Source: Mobula hypostoma
Lineage: Eukaryota
Direction: 5' to 3'
Assembly (NCBI RefSeq): GCF_963921235.1
Contig: NC_086097.1
Location: 253,706,001-253,770,000, forward strand
DNA length: 64,000 bases
Shown piece by piece: positions 60,861-64,000 of the stretch (the stretch's first letter is position 1; every line of letters starts with the position of its first letter). Both the position numbers and the translations under genes were made by a program. Under the pieces are notes generated by a model. That model saw nothing but the letters and a program-made list of their open reading frames with translations. It was not told the origin of the DNA and did not search any database.

Positions 60861-61579
60861 GAGCATTATCAAAATCCCAATCTACCCCGGATATTCTCTA
60901 ATTTCCTCTCTCCCATCGGGCAGACGATACAAAAGCCACAAAGCACGTACCACCAGGGTCAAGGACACCTGCTACTCTGCTGTTATAATGGTTCCCTGGT
61001 ATTATAAGATGGACTCTTGACTTCACAATCTATGCCATTGTTTCTCTGTAGCTGTCACACTTTAGAATGTAGAACAGAGATGATAGAATGTCACAGTACA
61101 GTCCGGGTCCTTTGGCCCACGATGTTGTGCTGACCTTTTAACCTGCTCTCAGATGAATCTAACCTTTCCTCTTACATTGGCCTCCTTTTTTTCTGTTATC
61201 CATGTGTCTAAGAGTTTCTTAAATGTCCCTAATATTTCTGCCTCTACCACCACCTCTTCCCCACTCTCCACACACTCACCACTTTCTGTGTCAAAATCTT
61301 TATTCTACATTCTGTTATTGTTTTACCCTGTTCTACCTCAATGTACTGTGAAATGGTCTGATCTGTGTTAACAGTTTTCAAGGCAAGCTTTTCACTGTAA
61401 TTGGTACACGTGACAATAGTAAACCAGCACCAATAACCTCTTGACCCTGGTGGGGTGGAGGAGCAGACTCAACGGGCTGAATGGCCGACTTCTGGTCCTA
61501 TGTCTTATGGCTTTAAGGTCCTGTCAGCTTGAACCAATCTGGTCATTCTCCTCTGACCTCATTAACAAGGTGTTTCAAC

Positions 61580-62215
61580 AAGACACAACTATTGTTGCCA
61601 GAATTTCACATGGTGACAGGGAGCCGTACAGGAGCGAGATAGATCAGCTAGTGGAGTGGTGTCGCAGCAACAACCTGGCACTCAACGTCAGTAAGACCGA
61701 AGAGCTGATTGTGGAGTTCGAGTTCAGGAAGGGTAAGACGAGGGAACGCACACTGGTCCTCGTAGAGGGATCAGAAATGGAAAGGGTGAGCAGTTTCAAT
61801 TTCCTGGGCGTCAACACCCTGGGCCCAACATATCGATGCAGTTACAAAGAAGGCACAACAGTGGCCATATTTTATTAGGAGTTTGAGGAGATTTGGTATG
61901 TCACCAAAGACTCACAAACTTCTACAGATATACCGTGGAGAGCATTCCAACTGGCCGCATCACCGTCTGGAATGGAGGGGCTACTGCACAGGATTGGAAA
62001 AAGCTGCAGAAAGTTGTAAACTCAGCCAGCTCCAACATGGGCACCAGCCTCCAGGACATCGTCAAAAGGCGATGCCTCAAAAAGGTGGCATCCATCATCA
62101 GGGACCCCTATCACCCAGGACGTGCCCTCTTCTCATTGCTACCATCAGGGAGGAGGCACAGGAGCCTGAAGACACACACTCAATGTTTTAGGAACAGCTT
62201 CTTCCCCTCCACCAT
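61580..62215 (+). mobile_element. Rex/Babar-type LINE 3' fragment
   Basis: WCRSNNLALNVSKTEELIV; LTNFYRYTVESI; LFSLLPSGRR.RSLK. Confidence 0.85.
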
Positions 62216-62379
62216 TATTGTTGAAATATCTAATTCCAGAGAGGGCAATTTCAAAGGAGATGTGAGGGGCAAGTTGTTTTACACAGAGAGTGGTGCATGG
62301 CAGGAATGTACTGCTTGGTATGGTGGTAGAGACTTGGGAACTTCCAGGAGACGTCAATGTGAGGAAAATGAAAGGATAT

Positions 62380-62725
62380 GGATGTTGTTTCAAAAGGTAA
62401 GCATGCCGTATACCTTCTTAACCCTCTATCAACCTGTATAGCAGCTTGTAGGGAGCTGAGAACTTGGACCAAAAGTTTCCTCTGCTCATCAACACTGTTA
62501 AGGGTCTTGCTGTTAACCATGTTCTGTCCCTTTTTGCCCTACCAAGGTGCAACACGTCACATTTGACCGGGTTAAACTCCATCTGCCATTTCTCCACCCA
62601 CATCTGCAACTCATCTACTTCCCATTGTATTTTTTGCCAGCCTTCTGTGCCAACCACCAATCTTTGTATTGTCTGCAAACTTACTAACGCACCCATCAAC
62701 ATTCTCATCCAGGCCACGGGCATCA
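62380..62725 (-). mobile_element. CR1 RT fragment
   Basis: SKFADNTKIG and WQMEFNPVKC in adjacent frames. Confidence 0.8.
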
Positions 62726-63419
62726 AAACGTTCAGTGAATTGTGTCATTTGCGTTAATAACCAACACACCTCTGGGTGTGCTGAGGGCAGCCCACAAAGT
62801 ATCACCACACATTTCCAGCGTTAGCGTAACATGTCCACAATGTTCAGCAATACCACCACAGGGAGCAAAACAAGCCCCCTTTCCCCCACTCCTCCATTAC
62901 AGGCTCCAGGTCAAGTTCATTCCCATCTGACTGTACAGATATACAACAAACAAAACTACAATTGTGCGCCCACAATACATATGTCACACACAGCACATAA
63001 ACCAAAATATTATCACAAATAAGTTAACAAATATAATTCAAAATGCATGTAGTGTGCAGCACAGGTAATCAGCAAACAGTAACCAGCTCGCTGTCCTAGT
63101 GACGAGACCTCAGTGGTGGGAGGGTATTCTTCCATCTCACTGTTACCCGGTCACCTGTACCTCCTTCCTGACAGTAGTGGGTCAAAGAGATTGTGGGATG
63201 GATGGTAGGGATTCACAACTATGCTTTGGGCCCTTTGCCTGCAAAGTTCACAGAAAATGTCACAAATAGGGCTGAGGGAGACCCCAGTGATTCTCTCAGC
63301 CTGGGTCCTGACACATCAGAACAGGCAGGTCTGATACAAAACTGAATGGTTAGTTATCTGATATTGTTGAATTCGTTGTTAACACCTGAGAGTTGTCACG
63401 TGCCAGTTCACCAGACTGT

Positions 63420-63750
63420 TTGAAAGTAAAGTTCTGTTTGATGTTTGTTGGTGACAAAATTGATGAAATGATCCCACAATATGTGATCTAGAAATAGCCC
63501 AAAGTGACATTGATGCAAGAGGCCTCTCAAACTGGCAAGGATTCTGATTCATCATTTCTCCGGGTGTCTGTGTGCACAGAGCAAACACAAGATTTTGTAG
63601 TGGTGGAGCAAAATAATTTATTAAAATATCCACAATCTCATTAAGCGATGGCTGAGCCCGAGAGCTTTCAGAGTTTTCAGAGACAGCTTCCACCAGGTAT
63701 AGCTCATTTTCACTGACAGGCTGACGCAATGCGTTCCACAGTATTTTCTC
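63420..63750 (-). pseudogene. Degenerate Gypsy-type gag relic
   Basis: PSLNEIVDILINYFAP...QTPGE, then after a frameshift LASLRGLLHQCHFGLFLDHILWDHFI; resembles the gag pattern L..HF.P...Q.PGE....LR.LA..C.FG..LD.MLRD. Confidence 0.5.
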
Positions 63751-64000
63751 TGAATCTTGGCTGAACTGGAATTGGTTTATTATTGTCACAGGTACTGAGA
63801 CACAGTGAAAAGACTAGTCTTGCACACTTCGTACAGATCAGCTCATTCCACTGTGCATTGGGGTGCAACAAGGTAAAACAATGACAGACAGCAGAATGAA
63901 GTGGAACAGCTACAGAGAAAGTGCAGTGTAGACAGGCAGTGAGGCACGTTCAGAACAAGGTAGACTGTGAGGTCAAGAGTCCAATTCATTGTACTCGGGA

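Noticed and set aside
691..63022. Numerous 60-150 aa ORFs antisense to or out of frame with LINE fragments
   Set aside because: They are shadows of repeat sequence with no independent coding evidence.

Overview
Eukaryotic, repeat-saturated genomic DNA with no identifiable host protein-coding gene. The V-SINE/HE1-type SINEs and dense CR1 content point to a cartilaginous fish, probably a ray or skate (inference). Nearly all listed ORFs are fragments or antisense shadows of transposons: CR1 LINEs (SGNH-esterase ORF1, APE-RT ORF2), Rex1/Babar-type LINEs, RTE LINEs, Tc1 remnants, solo LTRs and one gag relic. The centrepiece is a nested stack at about 24.5-37.6 kb. A near full-length CR1 there carries an apparently intact Penelope-like element (PLE; 28187-32073, 11-bp TSD, uninterrupted RT + GIY-YIG ORF, direct pseudo-LTRs) and a full-length but broken RTE. 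Each PLE pseudo-LTR holds a minimal hammerhead ribozyme motif. A second, inverted PLE insertion (45578-46893, 14-bp TSD) has two more, and about nine decayed hammerhead-bearing relatives are scattered through the window. Four degenerate twister-ribozyme-like motifs sit in RTE-5'UTR-like repeats. A few splice-flanked unique segments may be exons of an unidentified long-intron transcript. Boundaries of old elements are approximate, and family assignments come from motif recognition, not database searches.
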